A stretch of DNA of 64,000 bases from Lytechinus pictus (lineage: Eukaryota), in NCBI RefSeq assembly GCF_037042905.1, contig NC_087245.1, positions 16,432,001-16,496,000 on the forward strand. The letters run 5' to 3'. The position numbers and the translations under genes were made by a program. The notes under the pieces are model-generated. The model did no database searches, had not been told where the DNA came from, and saw only the letters and a program-made list of their open reading frames with translations. Positions within the stretch are counted from its first letter, which is position 1; each line of letters starts with the position of its first letter. Positions 37,455 to 47,926 of this stretch are shown here, piece by piece.

Positions 37455-40376
37455 TCAATGACCCCATCTCTGCTGGCTTGGAGGGGTAGGGTTACCGGGT
37501 AAAGGGAAGGGCATGGGGGCATTTGGGTATCCCATGTAGGGCATACGAGGCTGGGCCTGCGCCCCCATAGAAGAGGGGTAGTGCATACCGGCAAGGGCTA
37601 GAGGAGCTGGTTGATTGCCAGTATCTGGTGGTCCCATGTACCAAGGCCTCAAAGGTGCTGAATGAGCATGGTCTGGTTCATGGGTTTGAGAACTGATCAT
37701 CTCGCGTGTTGCACCTTGATAGGGCGCACCTGTTGGCGCATAAAAGGGGCTAAGGGGCCGAGGAGAGGGGCATGGGATGGGGTAATTGGAAGGTATGCTG
37801 TTGTTTAGAGGGGGACGTAAATTCAAATGATTTGATGGGAAGGTGGATGAAAGTGGACTGGCTTGTGGCGAATGGAACAAGTTCTGGAACTGGGGTCCTT
37901 TGGAGGGTGGTCTTGATGATTCTTGGGGTGATGGGGAAGGGCTAGAGCGGGAATGTTGAATGGGTGTTGGAGGGGGGCTCTGAATTGTCGCACCTGCTGA
38001 TGAAACAGGAGCTTGCCTGGCTGGTGCACCGTTACCAATGTTAGACTCTAAATCTAGGAGAGCCTGGAGATGATGATGGGTGTTAGCACCTGGAGTTGAT
38101 CGATGCGATGGTGGTGAGTTGTTCTGCATGAGAGGCATTGGCATATGATGAGATGTGGTAGGTTCATTGGTTCTGTTCAAGGGAGGAGGAGGATTGATAG
38201 GCTGGGAAGGTGGAGGAGGAAGTGATGGGGACCACCCAGAAGATATCTTGCTGGACTGCATATAGTGTGAGTAATAGTTGGAAGTGGTAATGCTTTCACG
38301 CTGGTATGATCTGATTTCATGCGAGAATGGCCCATTGTTTCTATCCTGTAAAGCAACAAATTCTTTCTGTTGGTAGTGTTGATGTTGCGGCAGTTGCGGC
38401 TGTTGATATTGCAATGGCTGGGGTTGCTGATGTTGGAGTTCTGGAGGTTGATACTGCTGACTGACCTTGCCATAGTTTCCTTGCTGATATGGCTGTAGTT
38501 GCTGTTGATGTGCCTGCTGATTGTCAGAGTTATTTCTGGAATCATCTTTTTGATGTTGCTTTGCTGGCTGATACTGATCTTCAGGTTGTCGCTGAGTTTG
38601 AGGTTGCTGAGTTTGAGGATGTGGAGCTAGAGGCTGTTGGTGCACAGGATTGGGACGTTGCAGTTGAATATAGTGATTTTGACTTTCATGTTGAAGTTGC
38701 TCCTGTTGATGCTGCTCTGCTTGTTGTTGCTGCTGGCCGGGCTGATGTTGCTGATGCTGAGTTTCAGTTGGAGGTTGTTGTTGCTGTTGATTTATGGGAT
38801 GTTGATTGTGCCCTGTATCTTGCTGATGTCGTGAAGGATCAGCATTCGGATGTTCTTGTGGTTGTCCTCCAACATGTGACTGTAACTCTTGATGATTGGG
38901 TTGGGCCTGGCACTCAGCAGGTTGATTTTTCATTGATAGGTCACCACTTTCCTTTGCTTGATGTAAAATTGTATTCTCTTGAGGACTTTTTACTTGCTTC
39001 TCTTCAGTTTGCACCTTTTCATTATGTTCATGACTATGAGATATTCCTTGTGATGGCACAGATTGAATCTCTGAAGACTGTTGAATTTGTGGCTCCAATG
39101 GGGGAACACGCAGTACCGTTAGAGGTGCTGGAAGGGGAATTTGGGATTTTTTTGCACCTTTTCTGCCCCTTGGTTTCTTGACTTTAGGTTCTGCAGTCTT
39201 TGTAATGGTTGGCCTGCCAACATGAGGGGCTGTTGGTGTCTCATTCCAGATGTTAATACCATGAGCCTTTTGTTTGTGAGTCTTCAAGGTAACGTTCTGT
39301 CTGAATGTCTCTCCACACAAATCACAAGTAAAAGGCTTATCGCCAGAGTGGATGCGTCTGTGAGTCTCCATGTTAGAGCTCTGAGTGAAGCCACGATTAC
39401 ATTCTGGACAATGATAGGGCTTGGTGTCACTGTGGACTAATTTGTGTCTCTGAAGATGATTCTTACAACTGAACACCTTTTGACAAGTGTCACACTGGAA
39501 TGTCTCGCTTCTGTCATGGCGATTTACATGTCCTTTCATGCCTTTCTTTGTCTTGAACATCTTGTTACAAATATGACAACTGTAGGGTAAATCCACATCT
39601 GCAGTTTTCTTCTGAGGTTCCATATGGTTTATGAGGGACTCCTCTGGTTTGTATGTTTTATCACATTCGGATGACTTGTTCATTTGGCTAATTTGGACAT
39701 TCAAATCACCAGGAGCATCAGGAGGCTTGTTTGTTTGGATGTTATGGTCAATCAAATCCTCAGATGGCTTGTTCGCTTGGCAGACATGGTCATTCATTTC
39801 ATCCCGTTTCTTAAATGACATACCACATAAATGACATAAGCAGGGTTCCTCTATGCTGTGTTCCTGGACACTACGTTCCTGAACGCTCTGTTCCTGAATT
39901 CTTTGTTCATGAACGCTCTGTTCCTGGACGTTGTGTTCCTGGACGCCAAGTTCCTGGACACTGTGTTCCTTGATGCTTTCTTCCTGGACGCTGTGTTCCT
40001 GAATGCTTGGTTCCTGGGCACGATGAAATTTTGCTTGATCATTCAGCAACTTCTCTTCCGCATGGCTCTTCCTATGCTTTGCAAGCAAACTTGGCAGTCC
40101 AAACTTTTTATCGCAATAAGGGCAGTCATACTTATGGACGTGAAGTCTGCGCTTGTGGGCCCAGAGCTGGGCGCTAGACTTACAGGATTTGCCACATTCT
40201 GGACAGGGGTAGGAGAGAGATGAATGCAATTCACAATGTCTCTTAAGGTTTGCCCTATTGGAAAATGTCTTTAAACACTCCGGGCATCGATGCACTTGTG
40301 CTGCCTTAGCTGCTGCCTTGGCTCGAGCCACTGCCCTCAGCTCTCTTGGTGACTTTTTTTGCTTTGTATTTGCAGT
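37455..40376 (-). CDS. C2H2 zinc-finger gene B, last exon: 7 intact and 2 degenerate fingers, long Q/P/S-rich tail (full protein ~1454 aa)
   Basis: Long ORF with C2H2 units; acceptor AG at 40378-40377 in phase 0. Confidence 0.93.
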   Translation of the reverse strand, partial: TANTKQKKSPRELRAVARAKAAAKAAQVHRCPECLKTFSNRANLKRHCELHSSLSYPCPECGKSCKSSAQLWAHKRRLHVHKYDCPYCDKKFGLPSLLAKHRKSHAEEKLLNDQAKFHRAQEPSIQEHSVQEESIKEHSVQELGVQEHNVQEQSVHEQRIQEQSVQERSVQEHSIEEPCLCHLCGMSFKKRDEMNDHVCQANKPSEDLIDHNIQTNKPPDAPGDLNVQISQMNKSSECDKTYKPEESLINHMEPQKKTADVDLPYSCHICNKMFKTKKGMKGHVNRHDRSETFQCDTCQKVFSCKNHLQRHKLVHSDTKPYHCPECNRGFTQSSNMETHRRIHSGDKPFTCDLCGETFRQNVTLKTHKQKAHGINIWNETPTAPHVGRPTITKTAEPKVKKPRGRKGAKKSQIPLPAPLTVLRVPPLEPQIQQSSEIQSVPSQGISHSHEHNEKVQTEEKQVKSPQENTILHQAKESGDLSMKNQPAECQAQPNHQELQSHVGGQPQEHPNADPSRHQQDTGHNQHPINQQQQQPPTETQHQQHQPGQQQQQAEQHQQEQLQHESQNHYIQLQRPNPVHQQPLAPHPQTQQPQTQRQPEDQYQPAKQHQKDDSRNNSDNQQAHQQQLQPYQQGNYGKVSQQYQPPELQHQQPQPLQYQQPQLPQHQHYQQKEFVALQDRNNGPFSHEIRSYQRESITTSNYYSHYMQSSKISSGWSPSLPPPPSQPINPPPPLNRTNEPTTSHHMPMPLMQNNSPPSHRSTPGANTHHHLQALLDLESNIGNGAPARQAPVSSAGATIQSPPPTPIQHSRSSPSPSPQESSRPPSKGPQFQNLFHSPQASPLSSTFPSNHLNLRPPLNNSIPSNYPIPCPSPRPLSPFYAPTGAPYQGATREMISSQTHEPDHAHSAPLRPWYMGPPDTGNQPAPLALAGMHYPSSMGAQAQPRMPYMGYPNAPMPFPLPGNPTPPSQQRWGH
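39846..40020 (-). repeat. Coding 15-bp minisatellite (QEHSV-type pentapeptide, ~11-12 units)
   Basis: CTGTGTTCCTGGACA variants in tandem, in frame within the finger array. Confidence 0.9.
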
Positions 40377-41024
40377 CTAGAGAATATGATAAAGAAAATA
40401 AAGAAACAGAAAGAACATTGAGTGAGCATAAAGATTAAGATTGATCAATCAATAACAAATCAATAAATCAATTAAGAATGCAATTTAATGTATGACATGT
40501 AATATATGTACTATAATATTATAATTAAAACAGTGTTTTGATGTTTGAACTACAAAAATAAACCTGCATTGGGCAACTGTACATACCAAAAATTGGCTTT
40601 TTATGCAGAGAAAAGAGAAAGCATTTCATGAAGTTACATGAGTTAAGGTTAAAATAAGTAATGAATGATTTTAACTACCTAGGTCGGGGTAATTTGGGAG
40701 ATCATATGGCCGGGGGGAGGGGCCTCATAGATCCCCCTTGAGATCTCGGCCAACATGCACTTACATGTAATAATGTTGCATAATTTCAAAACCCCATACC
40801 CGGCGTCTCAAATTTGGTCTAAAAAATGTGCCAGACTTGAGTAAAAAGAGGGGGGGGGCCTTAGAGGCCTAGATATGGTTAAGAATGACTGGAATATATG
40901 ACAAACAAATTTGTTTTCTCTATCATTTATTGTAACTAAAAGCAGGTAAAAAATTAGGATGAGGATGTAGTTTGATATTCTGTTTGCAAAGATACAAACA
41001 TTGCAAATTTCATGATATATTGTA

Positions 41025-41615
41025 TTAACCCCTAAATAGACTGGGCTATTTTGATGCCTAATAAGACTGATTTCGGCCATCAATCACGCAATCGCGATGA
41101 AAATCAACACTCGCGTTACCCATGGCATAATTGACAAAACCATAAGATCAAATTCTGCGAAAAATTTCATTGCTTCATTTACGAGTAAAATCAAAATGTT
41201 GCTCTACTAACTAAATAATGCCCCAAAAAGCTAATTTTTTGTTCACAGACTCTTTATAGGAATCGATCAAACAAACTTAAAAAAATTTCAACATCAAATA
41301 TATTTTATTGTTTCCTAAATTTCTAATGTATTTCTCTTTGCTTTTCAACTTTTTTTGTTTTTCAATGGAAATTGTTGGGGACTTTAATTTGACCATAAAC
41401 AAGATGCAATTAATTAATTTTAATCAGTAAAAGAAAATGGCATGTTTAAAATTTTTGGCTAAATCATTATTTACATTGGATTTGTACACAAATTCACGTT
41501 TTTTAAAAAATGTGGGTCTGCATGCACTTACGTAATGTTGTGTAATCTCAGAACCGCGTACCCGGAGGGCTCAAGTTTGGTCTCAAAAGTTGCGTGAGAC
41601 TTAAAAGTAATAAAA
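41025..41615. mobile_element. Possible piggyBac-like MITE relic (related fragment near 40670-40860)
   Basis: TTAA-CCC start; segment at ~41558-41610 resembles ~40796-40845; other end not found. Confidence 0.35.
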
Positions 41616-42026
41616 CAGCGAGTGACTTGGTGTTTAGGAAACAATATCTAACATATAAGTGGCCTTACTAATGCTAGGTTCCCATTGCCAATCTCTCGTC
41701 TTGACCTGACACAAGCAAAGTTTTGACCTGGTCAGCCTTGCTCAGTAGGTTAATTATGGTCAGTATGCCTTGATCAGGTGATCAACTACATTCCTCAAAT
41801 GATTTGGATATGTTGAAATATACATGTGCTCAATGCAATTACAATCAAAGGAGACTGACGCCAATCAAGGTAGAATGACCTTGTTTACTTTGCCAAGCTG
41901 TGCTGACCATGCCATACATATCTTGATCAGGCTTGAATTCGTTTGGAAGTGGGAACCTAGCATAAGTGCAAGAGAGAGAAAACTTCAAAGCGGCATTAAT
42001 TCTTGTGATGACAAATAGTTTCTCAC

Positions 42027-43143
42027 CTTTTTCGGTTGTGCTTTTGGTGGTGAGGATTTGTTACCTTTCGGGTTTTCAATCTTTGTTATCTCCTCCTTGT
42101 CTTTTGGTGGTGAGGATTTGTTACCTTTAGGGTCTCCAATCTTAGTTATCTCCTTGTCTTTTGGTGGTGAGGATTTGTTACCTTTAGGGTCTTCAATCTT
42201 TGTTATCTCCTCCTTGTCTAATGAAGACAACCTCACTGTGCACCTGCTTAACTTGGAATCAGCAGTCAAATCTGAACATTCTCCTTCGTCCTTGGTCATT
42301 GCTTCTTCCATTTTTTCATCCAGTTTTTCAACTGTCTTTTTCTTCTTTGGAGGTAGCAGATCGGTCATCGCTTCTTCCACTTTTTCTTCCACCTTTTCTT
42401 CCACCTTTTCAACTGCCTTTTTGTTCTTTGCAGCTGGGAGATTTTCCTTTGCCTTTCTTTTCAATGAGGCTTTCGTATTTCTTGTACTAACTGGTTTCTT
42501 GACATCCTTCTGCAACACCTGCCGTTGTTTGGTTAGCCTTCTTGACCGCCCCTTCAATGGGACCTGGCTCCTCGTCTTAGAATCCTTGACCTGAGAAGTA
42601 TCTTCACCATCAATACTTGGTGTACCGACACTCTGCTTTGTCCTTTTATCAGACTTAGACTTTTGATCTGATAATGCTTTGCGAACTGTTTTCCTTGTTC
42701 TTGGGGCTTCAGCAACCCCACTATGATCAGGTTCATTGTCATCATTCACATGAGATTCTTCAGGAGCTGGCTCTTCATTAGTCTTATCAGTCTTTGAATC
42801 CAAAAGTGATTTTTGGATTCCTTTCCTCTTTGTCCTTGGTGATCTTGTCTTTGCTCGAGCAGAACTAGAAGGTTGTTCTCCATCTTTGCTTTCATTTGTC
42901 TGCGTTTTTTCAGTGTCTTGGTCTTCGTGGGACTTTCCGTCTGGCATTGATTTACGGGATGCTTTCCTCTTTGCTCTTGGAGATCTGGTTGGTTCTTCCC
43001 GACTGGTGCTAGGAGGCTCTTCATCCTTGACAGTACTCACTGGAGTCACCTCTGACTTTGGGTTGCCTACAGTCACGCTGCCATCACCTGCTGAGCCTGG
43101 GTCACTCTTCTCGTTCGTCTTAATGTCTTCTTGGCAGTAAATT
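42027..43143 (-). CDS. Zinc-finger gene B, coding exon 2 (K/E/S-rich disordered region)
   Basis: Open frame; acceptor TGCAG ending at 43144 (phase 2), donor AAG|GTGAGA (phase 0). Confidence 0.85.
42042..42218 (-). repeat. Coding 57-60-bp tandem repeat x3 (DKEEITKIEDPKGNKSSPPK)
   Basis: Directly visible in DNA and protein. Confidence 0.9.
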
Positions 43144-43949
43144 CTGCAATCAGAATGAAAAAATAACTTTCTTCTTTTTAAAAAGTAATTTAAGGGTACA
43201 TTTATTTGATGATGGCTGGATCATAAGGGTCCAAGAATTAGTGGCAGTTAAAGCCGAGTTCCAGTTCTGGTATAGATATCTAATTTTGATTGGAAATGGT
43301 AAGAAGCCATCTGAAAGTACTTTATCATATATGCCATAATTCTTATTTAGAACAAAAAAGTTTAAATTTGTGTGGGACCACACAATAAAGGGAAAGGCAT
43401 TTTTCAGTTATTTATCTGATCTCCAATTCTGTAAACATTTTATTTTCTGTTATTACCAGTACCACAGTTTACCTATCATGATTAATTATGATAAGGATGA
43501 TTGTGACAGACCAAACCGTAAGTGTGAGACTCGAGCACAATTTTTTTTAAATCTCTGGTTTTTCAGCAGAACGGCGAGAAATTGTCATGATATTGGTGTT
43601 TGCAGATTGAAATCAGAGTGTAAGCTCTATCAATAGTATGAACTCATATGCACATACATTTGCGACACTGTACTTGATATAAATAACAAAACGAGGATGC
43701 CAAGGGGTAGAGGAAGTGGTACATATTGCGTGCGAGTCTAGGAAATTTTTGTATTGCTAGTATTGAACGTAAATAACTTAGCTGTACAAAGGGCTTTCTT
43801 TACCTTGGATTTCAGTCTCATTTTACAGCTACATGTAAAAACAAAGGGTTTAACACTAAATCTCTATAAGCAATATGAATTCATTAATGAATCATGATTT
43901 TTACAAAATAAAAACCTTTGAATTATATAACAATAAATAATATGGGATT

Positions 43950-44152
43950 TGTATAGCACATTTTTATAGCTGATTCCGATGCGCACAGCTTTTTTTAAGA
44001 ATAACTTCCTGCAGGTACCAATTTACCTCACCTGGGCTGAGTGCAGCAGAATACGGGTAAATTTCTTGCTGAAGAAATAAACGCCATGGCTTGGAATCAA
44101 ACCCACGTCCTTCATGTTAAAAGACGAGTATTTTAATCACTAGACAATAACG
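43950..44152 (-). mobile_element. Degenerate tRNA-derived SINE
   Basis: On the minus strand, an A-box-like GTCTAGTGATTA and B-box-like GGGTTTGATTCC, followed by a CCCAGGTGAGGTAAAT body. Confidence 0.55.
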
Positions 44153-44473
44153 AAGGGGGGTTTCTTGAGCAATACAAAAATGATCAGGAAGTGATGGTCT
44201 AGGCAAACAGAAAAATTAATTGAATGTTCAAAACAAACTAAATTGGAGTCCTCAAAAAATCATACATTTCAGCCATAAGATTCGAGCAGTTCATCCTACC
44301 CCATTATTAATTACAAGGTTTCCTATCATAAATTTTTTTTTTGGATGGATAGACTAAATATTGTTAAAGTTATGACCACTTTTAAATGCACTATCATTAA
44401 ATTTGGGTGATGCAACACGAAAAGCTCAGACAACGCATGGCCATCTACCTATACATTTGATTCATATACCTAC

Positions 44474-44799
44474 CCTATATACTTCTCTGCCATAGCAAGC
44501 AGCCATCTCATGAGTTGCACATTGGTCTTGCATCCAGATTTATTCTTTAGGGCACACCACCTTGGAAAGTCCTTAGCTCCTAAGAAGACATGGACTCCAT
44601 TCTTTTCCCTCTGGTCATCGGATCTGATGCGTTTCTTGATAACCTTCTCGACGGTCTTTTCAGGAACATTTTCAGATGCTTTGTCTGACGTCTCCTCAGA
44701 TGCCTTCTCTGAATTCTTCTCAACAGCCTTCTCGGAGGTTTTATCCGTTGACCTGTCTGGAGCCTTCTCAGTAGCCCTCTTGGCCTTAGTCTGAGGCAT
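44474..44799 (-). CDS. Zinc-finger gene B, coding exon 1 (EK/DK repeats plus N-terminal helical motif)
   Basis: MPQTKAKR...VHVFLGAKDFPRWCALKNKSGCKTNVQLMRWLLAMAEKYIG; acceptor at 44829-44828; phase-2 donor GG|GT. Confidence 0.82.
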
Positions 44800-44888
44800 T
44801 GTGATGATCTCAGTCAAGATGATGTGCCTGGGAAAAGTAAATAGAAAAAAGAAAAGTGTATAATAAAAAAAAAAAAAGAAGTACATAT

Positions 44889-46633
44889 TAGTGCTGTAGC
44901 CGAACCGCCGAACTGAACGGTAGTTCGCCGAACATGGCACTTCCGAACCGAACAGAACCGAACCGAACACTAAGACTTGGTTCGGAAGTTCGGCAAAAAA
45001 AAAAAAAAAAAACGGCTTTCAGCTAATAAATTTATAAGTTTACACCCTTTCTAATCATTATATTTGCGCATTCTCTATTTAATCTTCTTTGCAATTGTAT
45101 GTTGGAAGTATGCGCTTATTTTGCGGTTACTAGATTTTGTTTTCATTTTCATGTTGACATTGTGGTTTTTACGGCCCTGATTAAGAAAGGAGATCCGATG
45201 AATGATGTTGCGCTATAATAATTTTACTGGCTTTTATCATCTCTCGCTCTGTGGCCGAATCTAATTATCTAAAATATTGTTGTTTTTAGGTGGCGAACAA
45301 GATTCTTGTTTGAAAATCTTCAAATTATTTTGAATGAACGAGCTCAATAAACTGAAAGTGAAAGATGAAGTACCATTAATATTACGAATTACGATACGAT
45401 GTGATTAAGATCGTAACTCGTGTATTGTTGCGGCGGAGAATAAAGATCTGATTGAGGTGATTGACATTATTATTGAGGTGTCGGCTCGCTACTGTCTAGT
45501 TTTCATGATTTTAGAGAGAAGTAAAGAGTTTTGAAAACGAGAGATCCAGTGAAAGTGGGAAATAAAGTGAGTGACTGTTAGAGATGAAAAGGAGAGACGC
45601 AAAACAAATAATATAGAAATTAGATGAGGTGAAGTTATCTTTTTTATTATTAACAATCAGATGAAAATAAAAATCAAACACTCATGAATGTTGAATGAAG
45701 ATAAAGCCATGCGGAAACATTCATCTCTTGGGGGAAAATGACCCCCAATCTTTACTTTTTTTCCCCTTTCTTATCAACTTCTCAAATTAACCATAAACAA
45801 TTCGATGATCACTCTACTCCCCCTGTCCCATTACAGTCGTAAAACTTTGCATCCCACTTGGTCTGTATGTTCATGGTCGAATGAAATCTGACCAATGAAA
45901 TCATAGAAATCTCGGGAATTGCTCTTCAATCAGTGAGCTGAGTTTCGCGAGCAGACAAAGCACGTGGCTGTATGTACCGATGCGACAATCAGCGACATGC
46001 GATTGGTGGTTTAGTTCACCCATCGAGCCAATTAGCGAAAGGCGCATTTACATAAGCACGCTTTCTTCGACACGCCCCTGGCCCTACTATGCCTACAGTT
46101 CAGTGCACTGGCGCTGGCCGCCTCGTATGTGATGCAATTGCCAATCACGTTTGGCCGGACTGTATATATAAATATTCATGAGCTCATGAGTCCCGCGCGC
46201 TACAAGTGGACTGCATGCGCTGGCCTAGCTGGTACGAGTGCGAGCGTAGTTAATTTGGCAAGTATCCAAAGTGTGGTCCAGGTATGGACGACTAGGAAGA
46301 GTCGCCATTTTAGAACTGTGAGTTACCCAATAAATCTGTCATCAGATAATCAAATTCGAGATAACAGTTGATTCTTTGAGCGCTATAACTTTCATAGTTT
46401 CATGTCAACAAGATAGAGATAAAATGGTTTGATGTGACAGAGGTACACGCGAGCACATGCAGTCAATCAAGTACAAATTGTCTACCGGTACGCTACGTAT
46501 ACCTGAATGAACTATAGCTTTATCAGTGCAGTCTATCATTACCGAACCCCGAACCGAACCAATGTTCGGCAAATTTCTGCCGAACCTTGCCGAACCGAAC
46601 CGAACCGAACATGGCGTCTGACTTGCAGCACTA
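44889..46633. mobile_element. Non-autonomous hAT (Ac-like) element, 1745 bp, in the putative intron 1 of gene B
   Basis: TIR TAGTGCTG / CAGCACTA; perfect 8-bp TSD GTACATAT; CCGAA subterminal repeats at both ends. Confidence 0.88.
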
Positions 46634-47330
46634 GTACATATACCATTTCCTTTAAAAGTGTATCACATCTAAACAGTATTAGTAAAGAGTATTTTCACCT
46701 TCACTGACTAGAAAGAAGCCAAACATTATTCTTAATTTGAAAGTTCAAAGATTTTTATTTCATCAGTACCAGTAATTCAAATTTTAAGTAACAAAATTTT
46801 AAAGCTCTGATTAGTGGAATCCTTCAGGTAATCCACTTTAGATAGACTATGAAAACAAACACACTTATCTGTCTAATTCTGAACAAGTAAAATGCCACTG
46901 TTGTTAACGGTTCATTTTGAAGAAAAAAAAAAATGTAATGCTTCAAATCCATTAAAAAAAAAATATTTATAAGTGGAGAAAAGGACCCCCAAAACTTATA
47001 AGTTCAAATTCTATAATTGTATTTAATTTATTCTGTGATTATCTATTGGCATGAAATACATGTATATATTTTTTACTTCATAAAATGACACATTGTTGTT
47101 TACTTTGCCAGACTATGACATTCAATGTTGACATTGATTTTAGTACATGATACATCTACATGTACATGTAGGTTAACCTATCAACTGAAATCCATTTATC
47201 AGACTTCAGAGTCAAAATAGAATGTGAAAAAATAGGTAGTAATTTATGGTATGACTAGAAAGAAAAATACATGTAGGCCTACTATCAAGATAATATGGAA
47301 ATAGAGATCCATTTCATGGATGTAACTTAA

Positions 47331-47926
47331 AAGACAAGTCCACCCCAACAAAAAGTTGATTTGAAAAAAAGGAGAAAAATCCAACAAGCAAAACACTGAA
47401 AATTTCATCAAAATCGGATGTAAAATAAGAAAGTTATGACATTTCAAAGTTTCGCTTAATTTCACAAAACAGTTGTATGCACATCCTGGTCGGTGTGCAA
47501 ATTGGCAGACTGATGACTTCACACACTCACTATTTCTTTTGTATTTTATTTTATGAAATATTCTAATATTCTCCTCCTTGTCAAGTGAAACAAAGTTTTA
47601 TTTCTCCCTGAACATGTGCAATTACCATTATTTTAACAGTTTATGGTAAAGTTAAGTTAGTCCTTATTGTCAAATCTGTAAAAATTGAAATATTGTATTA
47701 TTCAAACAATAAAAAACAAAAAAAATAGTGAGTGATGGACATCATCGACTCTCTCATTTGCATATCACTGAGTTGCGCATTGAACTGTTTTGTGAAAAAT
47801 AAGCGAAATTTAAAAATGTCATAACTTTCTTATTTTACATTCGATTTCGATGAAGTTTGCAGGTTATGTTTGTTTGATTTTTCTCTATCGATTCAAATCA
47901 ACAATTTTCTGGGGTGGACTTGACCT
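47331..47926. mobile_element. Kolobok-like MITE, copy 3
   Basis: TTAA TSD; homologous to 30172-30768. Confidence 0.88.

Noticed and set aside
38177..40234. Antisense and alternate-frame ORFs (e.g. 38489-39181 +, 39858-40223 +)
   Set aside because: By-products of the Q-rich and minisatellite coding sequence on the minus strand.
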